Shown here: positions 1 to 14,784 of the stretch, one piece after another
Numbering within the stretch: the stretch's first letter is position 1
Layout: every line of letters begins with the position of its first letter
Source: Octopus vulgaris
Lineage: Eukaryota
NCBI GenBank assembly: GCA_951406725.2
Contig: OX597816.1
Span: forward strand, 79,298,001-79,362,000
DNA: 64,000 bases
Reading direction: 5' to 3'
The notes under the pieces: model-generated
What the model was told of the DNA's origin: nothing
The model's input: only the letters and a program-made list of their open reading frames with translations
Database searches by the model: none
Translations under genes and position numbers: made by a program

Positions 1-752
1 TATCTGTCTGTCTATCTAGCTGTTATATGTATGTGAGTATGTGTGTGTGTGTATGTGTTGTGGGCTATCTATGTACATGTTTGTCCATCGAAGCAACGAG
101 GACCATTTAGTCATTCTACAGGGGTGAATTATGCATGATTTCTGCTGATTTGTGTAGTGACTGATTACAATGAAGAAGTGTTGTGCACCATCAGCCTCAC
201 CCTTCTATCTGTGACCATCTTCAATCCTGCAGTATGGCCAGGTCAAGAGGACTGCAAATGGAGACCGATGTGTAGGTGACCAAGATGTCTTTTTCCTATT
301 GCTCTCTGCACTCCACAGTGCTAGCAAGCATATTAACCAATTGCTGACATACTGACAGGTGCTTGTACTCCAGGTCAGAGAAGAGCTGGAAACAATAGTG
401 GCTAAGAGGTGGTTCCACACTCCTCGACATTCCTAAAATTTTGAACCAAATGCAGGGCTCGCTATATATAACACATCTATATACAACTATCTATATATAA
501 CTATCAATATATAGCTATCTATATATAATACATAATGCAGACATGGTATCAGAATAGAATATTTTTGGAGATAGAAGATGAAACAATATTACATCAATAC
601 ATACATACATACATACATACATACATACATACATACATACATACATACATACATACATACATACATACTTATATATATATGCATAAATATGTCTGTGTGA
701 GCGTGTATGTTTGTGTACACATGTGCATGTATGCCTACACATACAAACATAG

Positions 753-786
<34 letters not shown>

Positions 787-3065
787 TTAAGTACTATTGT
801 AGTATGTTTATATATATGCAGGTATTATTAGTACTACTTGTGATATTATTCAATGATTGGTGACTAAATTGATTTGTTAGGCTAGGAGACTGTTGATAAT
901 AGTCTTCAGTCTTAAAAAGAGGACCTGCACAGCAGGGATGAACTTTTTGTAAGCCAATGGCCATCCATGACTCTATTGGTTTGCATGGAAAGTCTCATGG
1001 AAAGAAGAGCTTATCTCAAAGCAACTATTACCTGGTATTAAAGCTTGTCTCTTTGGTTGTTTTACTGTAATTCTCCTCTTCTTGACTGCTACTTATTCTT
1101 TAACTTGTCCACTCCTTGCTGTCCAATCTATTCTCAAAAACAAATAATTTTGTCCCACCCCGCTACTTTCTTTCCACAACATATGCATTACATCTGAGTT
1201 TTTACCACTTTGTCACAGTTATTTCTCTTTGTGGATTCTCAGATCCTTATCATTCTCTGGAGGATCTATCAAATTCTCTGGATCTTTTACTGAATTACAA
1301 ATAGGAGGGGAGGAGTACTATTCAGAATAAATACTGGTTTTGAGAAATTGGAAAGAGAAAGAGTAAGAAGAAATTATTGTAGAAGGTATAAAAGGAGAGA
1401 GAAAAGAGAAAACATGAAGCCATAAAAGTAAGTATTTTTGCTAGGCAAAGAGAAGTACAATGTGAAAGGAAAATACGAAGTATGTGACAAAATAAGGGTG
1501 GAAAATAAAGGAAAAAAAAGGTATGAAGATATTGTAAAATATTGTAAAAAGAGAGGTGTATAGAAAACAAGATAAAGAAAGGCAGAAGGAGAGAGCAAAG
1601 AAACAGAAAGAAAATGGAAAGGATGCCTGATATTCTGCAAAGAAGAGTTGTAAATCTATTTTTTGCTTGCTGTTCTCTCTCCCTTTTACAATGGCAGTGT
1701 GTTTAACACATTCGGATCATTGGTGTACGGCATTCTGGGACACCATGTTTCAACATGTTTTTTCTTGTCAGTCATAAGTAGCCAGAACTTTGAGCATGAA
1801 CTAAGCCACTGGCTTTGTTTATACTTTCAGTGAACAAATTATTTGCTGATTGGTGTTTATATCTGCCAACTGGTAAAAATAAATCGCTGTGTACTGTGTG
1901 AATTGAGTTCTTGGACATATTTATTCTTAGCAATTCTCACCAGGTTCAGACTCAAAATATGATGGTTACTGTAGTATTCATCAGAGGAGAATAACTTTGT
2001 GCTCCATTCTCTGTCCCTTTATGGGAAAGAACAGGATGAAATTTTGGGCTTGTCCTCATTTCACTGATACAGCTGTATTATTGTTTTAGTGCATCATGGA
2101 GACAATATCCAAGACACGATTATGCCACCAGGAATACTCTACACGAGATGACTCACATCCTGGCAGAATAGCTCCAAAGAATTTAAAACCTAACACCGAT
2201 TATATTAAGCAGAATTGAGGATAAAAGTATATACTTACCTCTCAAAATGACTCTCTGCCTGTTGGTTTCATATCCTATAGCATATTCCACGATAGCTTCC
2301 TATGTACAACTGCCTTCCATGCTGTTCCATCATATTGATTTCCTCTCAACCTTAAGTTACAGTGACCAGAAAGTTTCCTACAATGGAAGGTATTTCCTTC
2401 TTTTACAGAGATGCATAAGCTAAGACTAGGAGTCTCTCACCAGCTGTTGGGAGGCCGTTGAATCTACTGAGTTCATATGCCCTTTGACAGGTTTTGTTTT
2501 CATCCTGCAAGATACCTCTTCCACCCAAAAGGCCAACAAAAAGCCACTTTCCTTACCAAGCAGATATGGTAGTGTTACTGATTTAGTCACCTACGATCCA
2601 ACTATGACAGGTTGTACTAGGTTAAATGTTAAGTGCCTGATGTATATACATACATACACACATAGTATAAGCACAATTTTTTAATAGTTATGTATTTGAA
2701 GGAATATACCATATGTACACCATCAAATGGCCTGTTTCGCTAGAAATGCCAAAAATAATAGTTGATGACCAATATTATTTTTACTCAGGCAAAAATGGAA
2801 GGTAACTCCATTCACATTTCATTGTTATTGAAACTCTTCAGCTAAGTGGAAAATCCCTTTACTTGCACACATTACGATTGCCATCAACAACTGCATCCAT
2901 CCCATCAGAAGTAGCAGCAGCAGCACCTTTCTCATCATCATCATCATATCTTGAACCTCATCTGAGATACCATTACTTTGAAGAGTACTAACACATTTAC
3001 AACTAACCTGCAAAGTAAGTGTTTTATCAATGATATGTCAAAAATTATTATTTGTTTCTTTACAG

Positions 3066-3159
3066 ATGATGAAGATAAAGATATATCCTTGTCAGTCCTG
3101 TCATACCTATCTAATATTATTAATATTTGCAGCTTTAACTATATCTGGACATGCTCAAT
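3066..3159 (+). CDS. Coding exon 1: start codon and signal peptide [31 protein letters not shown]
   Basis: Acceptor tttctttacag is followed directly by ATG. Basic n-region, hydrophobic LILLIFAAL, small-residue c-region (GHA|Q). Donor t|gtaagt is phase 1 and matches exon 2. The acceptor implies an upstream non-coding exon, which I did not locate. Confidence 0.8.
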
Positions 3160-6100
3160 GTAAGTATAGATATTATACGTACAATACTTTTGTATTCAAT
3201 AATGACTCATGCAAGATTACATATTTCTTATTTAGTGAGCATTAGCATTGTTTGTTCATTTATACAAAAATATATACATACATATATAATACTTACATAT
3301 ACACACACACACACGCGCGCGCACACACACATATATAATTATTAAGGAATAATACTTCCGAGTACACAGGAAAAAGATATTCAAATTAGATGTATTAAAA
3401 TGAACATCTCACAATGTTTAATTCGTATATATAAAAGTAATTTTTGAGACAGAACCACCTTCAACTCAATCAACACTGAAAGATTTTATACCCGACCACT
3501 CCATAAAATGTTAAAAATTAAATCTTATACTAACTATATCTATTCTGAATCCTGTATTTTCCGTTTATAAGACTACACGTGTTTCATGAAAGTACGTCGG
3601 TATTGATTAGATACAAGGTATCTAGTTTCAATACTTACTCAGGTCGACATACTTCCAATCTTCAGGTCTGGATTCCTCAACATATTTCTCTATCCCTAAC
3701 TCTTATATACTTCCATGATACTCTATATCTTCAATATAATCTTACTTAACATGTGCAAATGAATAGAAATACAAATAATAAATAAAAATAACTGAATATC
3801 AAAAATTTAAGGAGTAAAAATTTAAGGAGTAAAAATTTAAGGAATATAAACTCAAGGAATAAACATTTAAAGAAAAAAATACGTGTAAAAATTACGATTA
3901 AAGGTTCCGAATAACGAATAAAGAATTGCGAATAAACAAATACGAAATAAAAATGAAATAATAATGAAACAACGATGAAATAATAATGTATTAAAAATAA
4001 GGACGAAAATAAACAAATGTTAACTTATCTTTTCTTTTCTCGGTGAAAATTAGACAAAGCTACATCTTGCAAATCAGGTAAAATCTGCGTTTGATAATAC
4101 CTATAGATAGGAGGTACCACAAATAAATGTCGGAAAGTCCTACTGGTGTTTCTATTCCTTTATATAGTACTGTCAGGGGAACAAGCCCCTTTTATCGTTT
4201 TTTAATTTATTCAATCTATGTATTATTGCAAACAACCAATCTAGAAAGTTACTTCTTTAGACTCTCAATTCGAATATTTTCCATCCCGTGTGCCTCCACT
4301 TGTTCTGTTTAGTCCATCATAGAAAGAATGGACTAAACAGAACAGGAAGAGACACACAAGACAGAAGAGTTGGTGAAGAGACCACAGCTATGTGACAAAA
4401 GACTTTCAGACAATAGACATAAGATAAAATAAAAACTATAACAAATGAGTGAAGAATGAATATATCGTAGGTGTGTTTATTTGGCAAAAGAAAGAATAAA
4501 AATGACAGTCCAGAAATATAACAATATATACACACATATATACGTATGATATTCACACACACACCCACCCACACACATGCGCGTGCACGCATGCACACAT
4601 ATGACTTATTCTTTTCTTCTTTCAAAGATGATGGAGATATTGCCTTGGATTTCAGTGGCTTAGCTAAAATTTATTTTCGTGGTAAATGGACAGCTATTTG
4701 TGCGTCAAAAGGTTTTACAATTCAATCACGAGTGTTGTGTCGGAGTTTTGGTCAAAAGTAAGTAATACAATATTTCTTTACATATAGAATATGATGATAG
4801 ATACATTTATCTAGTATTGAAAGATAATAACTGTAATTAAGCAGTCCCTTCAGGGTTAATATCATGATATTCAGTGTGCTAGACCAGTCATACATCATAT
4901 ACCTTTTCACCCACCCCTACAATGTGTGTCTTCTTCTCCTTGTCCTACAATGAACTCCCACTATCCCATCTCCATCAATGAGCTCTCTCTTCTTCCTGCC
5001 CTAAATTAAGTGCTACTTCTCCCAGTCCTATTATGTATGCCCCTTCCCTCAGCATACATTGTGTGCCTTCTTTAACAATTTTCTCTCTAAATTCCTTTGG
5101 CCACCACCCTCTTCTTCTTATAGGGAAAAATGAGTTGAAAGTTATATTCAACTTCTACACAAAAATATCTATGGCTTTATAATCAAGTATATCACAGCAT
5201 AAATCTGTTATCTGCCAAATTTTAAATTCTTCATGCCAAATCCTTTGACACGTTGTAAGAGTACATAACGCTCTCGCCTTCCCAGCCCTACACCAACCCT
5301 GTTCTACACCCTCTTCTGTTCAAGAAGTGAAACTACCTGCACCCTTTAATACACTATATTTTTTAGTGTACTCATAGCCAACTCTCATCCCACTAATAGC
5401 ACCACCAAGCATGGTTTCTGCAACTCTAACAAGCCACTCATCTACTCATAATTTCCTTAGAGATCACCATGACAAAAGCTTTCCCCAGGTCAATGAAAGC
5501 CAAGTACAATGGTTTACTTTTGGCCACTTCTCCTGTGACTACCTCACTAGGAAGATGGCATCTATGGTACTCTTCCCAGGCACAAAACCAAACCGTACCT
5601 CATCTAGTTTAATTTTATTCCTAATCAATTGAGCTATACCTCTTTCTGTAACTTTCATGACCTAGTCTGGCAGTTTGATACTTCTGTAGTTGTTTCTATC
5701 AAAGGCAACATCTTTACCCTTGTAGCAGCTATGATGCTATTATGCTAGTCTTTGGGAATGACACCTTCCTGGGAAACCTGATTAACTATAGGAGTGGTTA
5801 GGCCAAATCCTACTCTGCCAGATATTTTAAGCATCTCAGCAGTGATTCCTGATGGTCCAGAAACTTATCTAGTCTCTATATTTTTAATTGCTTTATGTAT
5901 CATATTACTGTTAGCTCTGATGGTTGGTCCCTCAGTTGGTTCTATTTCAAAGACTCATTTTCCCATGCATTCTCCATATTTGGCAAGGTTTCATAGTGCT
6001 ATTCCCATACATCTTTCTTCTCTGAATCACTAAATGCAACCATAGCATTATCCATTTGCACATATTTCTCACCAGCAACATTTCTAATCTATCTGATCCA

Positions 6101-7875
6101 CTGTTTAGCAATTCAGAACAGCTCACTGGGTGGTTTCATGTGAAATCATATATCCTCTAAACAGAAGGTATGATTAAACAACCATTATACATGGTTGACT
6201 GGAAAATATAGCCAAGGTTCTTTTGACCTGAAGATGAAATATTAACATGTTGCTAGGCTTTCAACTAGAATTAAAATCTGAGGAAAATATGCAGAGGTGA
6301 GAAATGTATAAGGGAAATGCAAAGATTTTCAGAGTTAAATCCTTGGTAAACTTGAACAATTACATGGAAGTCAAAAATATTGCAACTTAAAATGATCTCT
6401 GCTCACAGATATGGGATTGAGGGAGAAGAAAAGAAAGTGAGAAAAAAGAAATGAAAGGGAGAGGGCTATATAGAGACATGAAGAGAAGTAGCAATTTGGG
6501 AAAATACAGGCAAAAGGAGATTACGGAATAGATTTAAAAATGAAAAACTATAAAAGTAGGAAGTTTAGAAATGTTATGAGGAAATAAAACCTATGAAAGG
6601 AAAATTCCAATCAGCTATGTGTATATATATATAAACACACACACACATGCAGGAAAAGTTCATAGTCCGACTAAGAAGGAGTAATGCTAGAGCTATGAAA
6701 TCTTGCAATTTCAACATCCTTATTAATAACTGCATTGTAAATAAACTGACACCTGACTGTTCAAAGAAAACTTCAAAAACAGCTAGCAGCAACTTCTCTT
6801 GAAAATGAATAAAATTTGGCATTGTGGTGTTATCAAGTACCAGCAAAAAAAAAAGGGTTTAGCCCTTAAAAAGCATTCATGCTGACATGGTTGGTACATT
6901 AGGGGATGATGCTCCAGCTTTATCAACAGTGCATAAATGGGTAGCTGGATTTAAGAGGAGAAATATCACCTGAAGTCTAAATGTCCTGCAGCTGCCACCA
7001 CTGCTAAAAAAATTGATTGTGTTCACCATATGCTGATGGATGATAGGTAACTGACTATAAATCAAATGGCCAATGCTATTAACATATCCTGTGAGAGAGT
7101 TGAGAATATTCTGCATAATGACTTTAGCATGATGAAGGTTTCTGCTTTGTAGGTGTCACATATTCTGACACCTGATCAAAAGTGCACCAGACTGAGCACT
7201 TCACAGGAAAACCTGACATTGTTTGACACAAATCCAGCTGATTTCCTTGAATGTTTCCTAAGCCAGGATGTATGTTGGATCTGTCACTTTGAGCCAGAGA
7301 CAAAGGGACAATCTATGCATTGGAAACACCACTCCTCATCTATTCCAAAGAAGGCCAAGATTATTTCAACTGCAGGAACGTTAATGGGGTCAGGTTTTTT
7401 GGGGGGATAAAAAAGGCATTGTGTTTATTGACTGTCTTCAAAAGGGACATGTCATCAATGGAGAGTACTATGTCAGCTTGTTGAAGCAGCTACAAAAGGC
7501 TATCAAGGGCAAATGCCCAAGAAAATTAACGAAAGGGGTCTTATTTCATCAGGACAATGCTCCAGCACACAAGTCCTTGCATTCAATGGCTTTGAACTGG
7601 TTGATCATTCTCCTTATTCTCCTGATTTGGTCTCATTTGTTCCCAACATAAAAAAACATTCAACTGGGAACCAATATCACAGTAATGATGATATCATATC
7701 TGCTGTTGATGACTTTTGGGGCAACAGGATGAAAGCTTCTTCACAAAGGGTTCTAACACTGCAGTGTTTGGATGATAAGGGACATTATGTTAAAAAATAA
7801 ACTGCATTTGGTGACATTTCATGAGATTATCTTGATCAGTCTATGAACATTTCAGCCAATCTCTGAGTGTGTACT

Positions 7876-7906
<31 letters not shown>

Positions 7907-9879
7907 GCACACGCATGCACGCGTGCATGAACATGTGTGTTAGTCTATACACACACACATGTCCAATCCATACAACCTTGGAAAAAGAGATATTAAATTA
8001 AATGCGGATAATATATAAAAATATGTAGATATGCATATGTATATACTTATGTACACACACAGGCATAGGAGTGGCTGTGTGGTAAGTAGCTTGCCTACCA
8101 ATCACATGGTTCCGGGTTCAGTCCCACTGCGTGGCACCTTGGGCAAGTGTCTTCTACTATAGCCTCGGGCCGACCAAAGCCATGTGAGTGGATTAGGCAG
8201 ATGGAAACTGAAGGAAGCCTGTCGTATATATGTATATATATATGTATGTATGTATGTGTGTGTATATATTTGTGTCTGTGTTTGTCCCTCAACATCGCTT
8301 GACAACCGATGCTGGTGTGTTTACATCCCCGTAACTTAGCAGTTCGGCAATAGAGACCGATAGAATAAGTACTAGGCTTACAAAGAATAAGTCCTGGGGT
8401 CGATTTGCTCGACTAAAAAGGTGGTGCTCCAGCATAGCTACAGTCAAATGACTGAAACAAGTAAAAGAGTAAAGAGTAAAAGAGAGATGTGTGCACTTAC
8501 TCACAGATGCATGCACAGCACACTAAGAGAATCATGCACGCACACAAACACTCACAATATACAGGGTGCTCAGGCAAAAATTTGACGAAATTTGCATAAA
8601 AGGAAGAGAAAACATAATATCACATCCAAAAATAAAAATATTTTAAAACAAAATATCGATTAGATTATGGCTGGGAGATAGCAGTTTACTTAAAGTATCC
8701 ACACTTAGCATCCACTGTGGCCTCAAGATGGCTTTGAAACCTGATGTATGCATTCCTCACTATGTCCCTGGGAAGGTTTTTGAATACCTCCTTGATCTTG
8801 GACTCCAGCTTGACTTAGGCAGAGCATTTGTGTTTTTCTCAACTTTGCTCTATGCATAGTATTCTGTGGAATCACAATTGGAAGAATTAGGAGGTTAGAC
8901 ACTGAGTGTTGTGAAGTTGCAGAAATTCTCTGACAACAACTTCTGATACTTTCAAAAGGTATGACAAGGTGCCAAATCCTGCTGCCACACATATGACCTT
9001 CCAGCAGCAATCTTTTACTATCAGGGTTTGACCATCATCTCCAGCACTTTCATGAAGCCATTTGAATTGAGCCTTAGTGCCTGTCCAAAGATGTAAAGTG
9101 GTATGATGTCACCCTCACTAGAGACACACCCAAAGACCATTATAGTTTGGGGGAACTTGGTTTTCATGATGTCTATGTTACATCTTACAATGTTCACAGA
9201 ACATAGAGAAGCAGTCATGATGTTGGTATTTTGATATCCAGTGTGAATCATTATAATACAGATAACTCTATTCCAATATTTTGATGGCTTCTAGTCCTCC
9301 ATGTCAGCTAGCTTTTTCTCAATTCCAACTTTAATATTTGTGTTCTTCAATGGCATTGACTGTTCACCAATAAATCAAGCTGTTTCTAATAAAAGGAGAC
9401 ATAAAAATCATCAAATTTAGCCAGATCACCTTGTATACACATATAGGTGTATGTGATGAGGGAGGTGTATTACACAGCAGTCAAGTTCCTCTGAAATTTA
9501 GAAAATTGATACATGAATTAACTTACTAATTCAGAAACAAAAAGCAATTTTTTGATCGAATCTTTGCAAGATAAAAGACAACTTGTGACTAAGCAAAAAC
9601 AACAATAATAATAACTATTTTCACATTTGAAAATAGCATTATGATGTTTGGTAATGCATCATCATGTAGACTGCAACAAAGAAATGCATCCAAACATTAT
9701 ACTAATATGTAGGAGTGGCTGTGTGGTAAGTAGCTTGCTTATGAATCACATGGTTTTGGGTTCAGACCCGCTGCATGGCACCTTGGGCAAGTGTCTTCTT
9801 CTATAGCCTCGGGCCAGCCAAAGCCATGTGAGTGGATTTGGTAGACAGAAATGGAAAGAAGCCCATCATATATATGTAC

Positions 9880-9924
<45 letters not shown>

Positions 9925-12900
9925 TGTGTGTGTATGCATGTGTGTGTGTGCATGTATGTTTGCGTGTCTGTGTTTGTCCCCCAACATCACTTGGCAACAG
10001 ATGTTGGTGTTTTTATGTTACCGTAACTTAGCGGTTTGGCAAAAGACACCTATAGAATAAGTACTAGGCTTACAAAGAATAAGTTCTGGGGTCAATTTGC
10101 TCAACGAAAGGCGGTGCTCCATCATGGCTGCAGTCAAATGACTGAAACAAGTAAAAGAGTAAAAAGTAAAGGAGAGAGTAAAACTGAAATATATTCTTTT
10201 TGTATTCAATTTTCAGATTTTCAACTTATTTATTAGATAGTTCAAATTTACCAATCTCAGTCGGTGATTTAACATGCAGAGGTGATGAAAACTCACTAGC
10301 AGCTTGCAATTATAATTTTGGTTCAACTAAGAGTTGTTCATATAGCAAGCTTTATGTTCGGTGCCAGGAAGACTGTAAGTACTAATATTTACTTCACTAA
10401 GATATCAATGTGTGTTATCTATCAAATAATCCTTATATTCTTTGCAAATCACAAGAAATTGTGTGGCTGATATTCCTTGGTAGTAAGCAGGGTACTGTTC
10501 TATTACAGTTAGCATTTATTACTTGAGTAATTGAATTAAACACAGTAAGCCAACATACTCAATGATGTTTATTCTTGCATTTGTGAGTTAGACCTATTTC
10601 CAATAATTATTTTCTGTTATAAAGCATGGTCAGATGAGAAGGGAGGCAGTTGTGGTTTTTGCATGCCAATACAGACTGGTGAGACTGATATGGCCAATGC
10701 TCATCCTGAAAATCAGTAGGTCAGTAATATAGGTGGAAAGAAATCAAGGAGTATGAATGCTTGTGACAAAATGAGCTCTGCTGAAGGAACCCAAGAACCA
10801 GGTAGTGTATTAGACTTGTCTCTCTTAACCATGGCACAGTACTGAGAGGATTTGTTAGATATATACTACTGAAAAACCATAGTGATTACTATTTTGGGAA
10901 ATATCTGGTTATTGGCTTTAAGACCAAAATCAAATTCATCACCTTATTGATATGTTAATACATGTTAATGATGGAAATAATAATATATCATGTAATTAAG
11001 GAAAAATTGTATTTATTGATTGCTAGTTATGTGTTTAGATTATATAATTATTGTTACTGTTTTATCTATTAATAATTCCAATGAGATTAACAAGGACAAT
11101 TTAATATCTTATCAGTATATGCTGGATTTTAGTGCCAGTATAATACAGTTGTTAATTCCTTTGAGCACCTCCTTCAGTTAACTAACAAAACCATTTACTA
11201 GATGAATTAGATACTTTCATGTATTTGTTCATAAAATTCATTGAAACTACATTATTTTCAATTTCATGTTCCAGCAACTAAGGCATTTTGCTCATTTGAT
11301 AACAACATTTGTGGAATGGTTAGTGAAGGTACAGCAGATTATGAATGGCAACGTGTTCAACCCTATACATACAAACTGCCGGGACAATCAATACCCAAAA
11401 GTGATCACACGACTGAAAGTTATAAAGGTAATTAATCTCAGTTTCTTTGATCATCATCATCATCCTCATTTAATGTCTGTTGTTCATGCTGGCATGGGTT
11501 GGACTGTTTGACCAGGGCTGGTAAGCTGGAAAACTACACCAGACTCCAATCTGATTTGGCCTGGTTTTCTAAAGCTGGACACCCTTCCTAACACCAACCA
11601 CTCTGAAAGCATAATGGGTGCTTTTATGTGCCACCAACACGGGTACCATTTGCGTGACACCCATATTTGCCATGACTGCAATTTTACTCAGTTTCATGGG
11701 TCTTCTCAAGATGACATAATGCCAAAGGTCTCAGTCATTGCTTCTGTGAGGTCCAACACTCAAAAGGAAATCAGCCACTTTGCCTCCATGATAAAACAAT
11801 CATAGAGTAAGAAAAGAATCTGTATTTTGTGCTGTTGTTCTGCTTTTCTTTGAATCTTTAACACCAAATTTTAATTAGTATCTAATGATCTTTGATGATT
11901 GAACCTGAAACCTTTATTTTACTGCTTGGGCCCATTGTTCTTGCAACTGTTCTTTTGCTCTGAAGGTTAAATGTGTAGTTATCTTAAATACTTAAGAATT
12001 AGGCTTAATAAATACAGACATATTGGATAATGAATTTTTACCTACTTGTTGAGGCAAGTGAAATCAAAATCGAATCAAATTCAATGGCTGGCACCCGTGC
12101 CAGTGGAGAGCTAAGAGCACCATCTGAGCATGATCATTGCCAGAGCAGCTGACTGGCTTCCATGCCGGTGGCATGTAAAAAGCACCATTCAAGCGTGATC
12201 GTTACCAGCGTCATCTTACTGGTATTTGTGCTGGTGGCATATGAAAAAACATTTTAGCGAGGTTGTTGCCAGTGCTGCTGGACTGGCTCCTGAGCAGGTG
12301 GCATGTAAAAAACACCATTTGAGCATGGCCGTTGCCAGTACCGCCAGACTGGCCCTCATGCAGGTGGCATATAAAAGTACCCACTACACTCTTGGAGTGC
12401 TTGGCGTTAGGAAGGGCATCCAGCTGTAGAAACTCTGCCAGATCAGATTGGAGCCTGGTGCAGCCACCTGGTTCACCAGTCCTCAGTCAAATCGTCCAAC
12501 CCATGCTAGCATGGAAATCGGACGTTAAACGATGATGATGATGCTCTGAAAAAAAAAACACAAAAAGAAAAAAGCAGATGGGTTGTTCATGGCTACAAAT
12601 GCCTTTGATCATAGATCTACTAGATTAGAGTTGATATGAGACTAAACAACAATAAAAAAATGACTCATTAAAAAGGATGACAGATAGCAGAAATATTGTT
12701 GATGAGCTCAATAGAAACAAACTCAAACATAAACTTTTCTCTTTTGTATAATAATTTTGTATGAAGAAGAGGGAGGTCTGTGACTGAAGCTTTCCAGAAC
12801 CCCTAGTAGTAGTAGTAGTAGTAGTAGTAGTAGAAGTGGTGGTGACAGGAGGAGGAGGAGGATAGTAGAACTATTAACAACCCATTTTTATTACTGATTA

Positions 12901-13894
12901 ATAATTAAATTTCAAAGATATTTAACAATAAATTATTAGTTTATATTTTTGAAACCCAGTTATTATTCACCTATTTTATATGTAGGACACAAATTAAATT
13001 AAAATCATATGAAGTTTGTTGATAATATTATACTAAACTTTAAGGCAGTGAGCTGACAAAATTGTCATATCAGGCAAAATGCTTAGAGCCATTTTGTCCA
13101 TCTTTATGTTCTGAGTTCAAATTTCACCAAGGTTGAATTTGCCTTTCATCTTTTAGGGGTTGATAAAATAAGTGCCTGCTGAGCATGGGGTGGTGGGATT
13201 GGTGATGTAATTGAGTAATCATCTTACCCACTTCTCTGAAATAGTTGGCCTTGTGCCAAAGTTTGAAACCGGCATTATACTAAGATCTGCCACATTATAT
13301 TCTCAAAAAGTAATTTTTTTTTATTATATCATTTTTACATGTTATTGAATGCTGTATATTTGCTTTTTCAGGAAAATATATGCTTGCTTCTGCAACTGGT
13401 TTCCCTGGACAAAAAACAACTTTGAGAACAAAACCCACCAGTGGAAATGTTGGGAGTATCAGTTTCTACTATCACATGTTTGGAAGTGACATGGGAAGCC
13501 TAAATGTCTATATTCAAAGTCATAATTCTAGCAAAAAATCTATTGGATCTATATCAGGCAATCAAGGCATTGGATGGAAATATCTGTGTCTTCCCGTGAA
13601 TGAGGGATATAGGTAAGAAGATTTTGCTTTCAATAACTTTTACTGGTTCATGATTGATTTTTCTGGCAATGTTGATGCCAAAGTTAGTTTGCGCAGCTTA
13701 TTTGCTTTGACAGACCAACAGAAGCCACATAATAATGATGCAACTTCATACCTCTCACCTTGTATACAATAAAAATATAACACACTTCTAATCTCCCATG
13801 AAATAATGATTTAACAATTCACCTCTGATCTCTTTTTATAATGATGATACAAAAAACACCTTTAACCTACCTTGTTATATAAATAATAATAATA

Positions 13895-13951
<57 letters not shown>

Positions 13952-14166
13952 TGCCAGGACTTTTGAGTGTATATAACATACAAAAAAATAGCACTGCTAA
14001 GCACTGCACACATCCTCCATAAATCACTTTCAGTACAGTGAAAATAAAAGCACCACAACAAACCCAAGGCACACAGAGCTGTGCTTAGTAGTGCAGTGAA
14101 AGCACATGATAAAAATAAGACTACTGAATAACAATAATGATAATAATGATGATGATGATGATAATG

Positions 14167-14216
<50 letters not shown>

Positions 14217-14706
14217 CATAATAATAACAATAATAATAATAATAATTTTGAACACACAAACCATCATCTTAAAAACAAAATAAATAAAACCCTTTAATAT
14301 CTACGACTACTGTGTGAATACTTATCCTTTTCTTTCTCCCTGAGTATTCAAAAACATAAACATCATCCTCCTTTTTATTCTAAGAACACTACCATTTTTC
14401 TCTGTTCGGTCATACAAAAGAACATATTTAGTTAACCTTAGGAATTTACTATCTACAACTTGTTTTCTTTTCTTTTTGACTCTCCCTCAGTATTCAAAAA
14501 TATAAACATTCTTTTCATTGCAAAAATCCTACTGTATTCTCCAACTGGGCAGAAAAAACAAACATCTCAATAAAACTTAAAAACTTCAATATATTACCCA
14601 AATACGAAAACACACCTTTATTGCAACAACATAATTGAATTCAGAAATTCAAAAACTCAACGACATCAGTGTATATGTGTGTGTGTGTGTGTACATACGT
14701 GTGTGG

Positions 14707-14784
<78 letters not shown>

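Noticed and set aside
515-831. ORFs rich in C/V/Y/M or H/T/I (also at 9828, 14635, 47686-49091, 54292 and others)
   Set aside because: Translations of (CA)n, (TACA)n and (TA)n microsatellites; no domain or splice support.
120-2620. Possible upstream exons, promoter or old LINE fragments
   Set aside because: Looks like decayed repeat sequence, but I could not read diagnostic motifs or place the inferred 5' UTR exon.
13867-14297. Poly-Y/N/I/L/D/M ORFs (also at 18134, 20643, 28933)
   Set aside because: Translations of (TAA)n and (CAT)n trinucleotide repeats.
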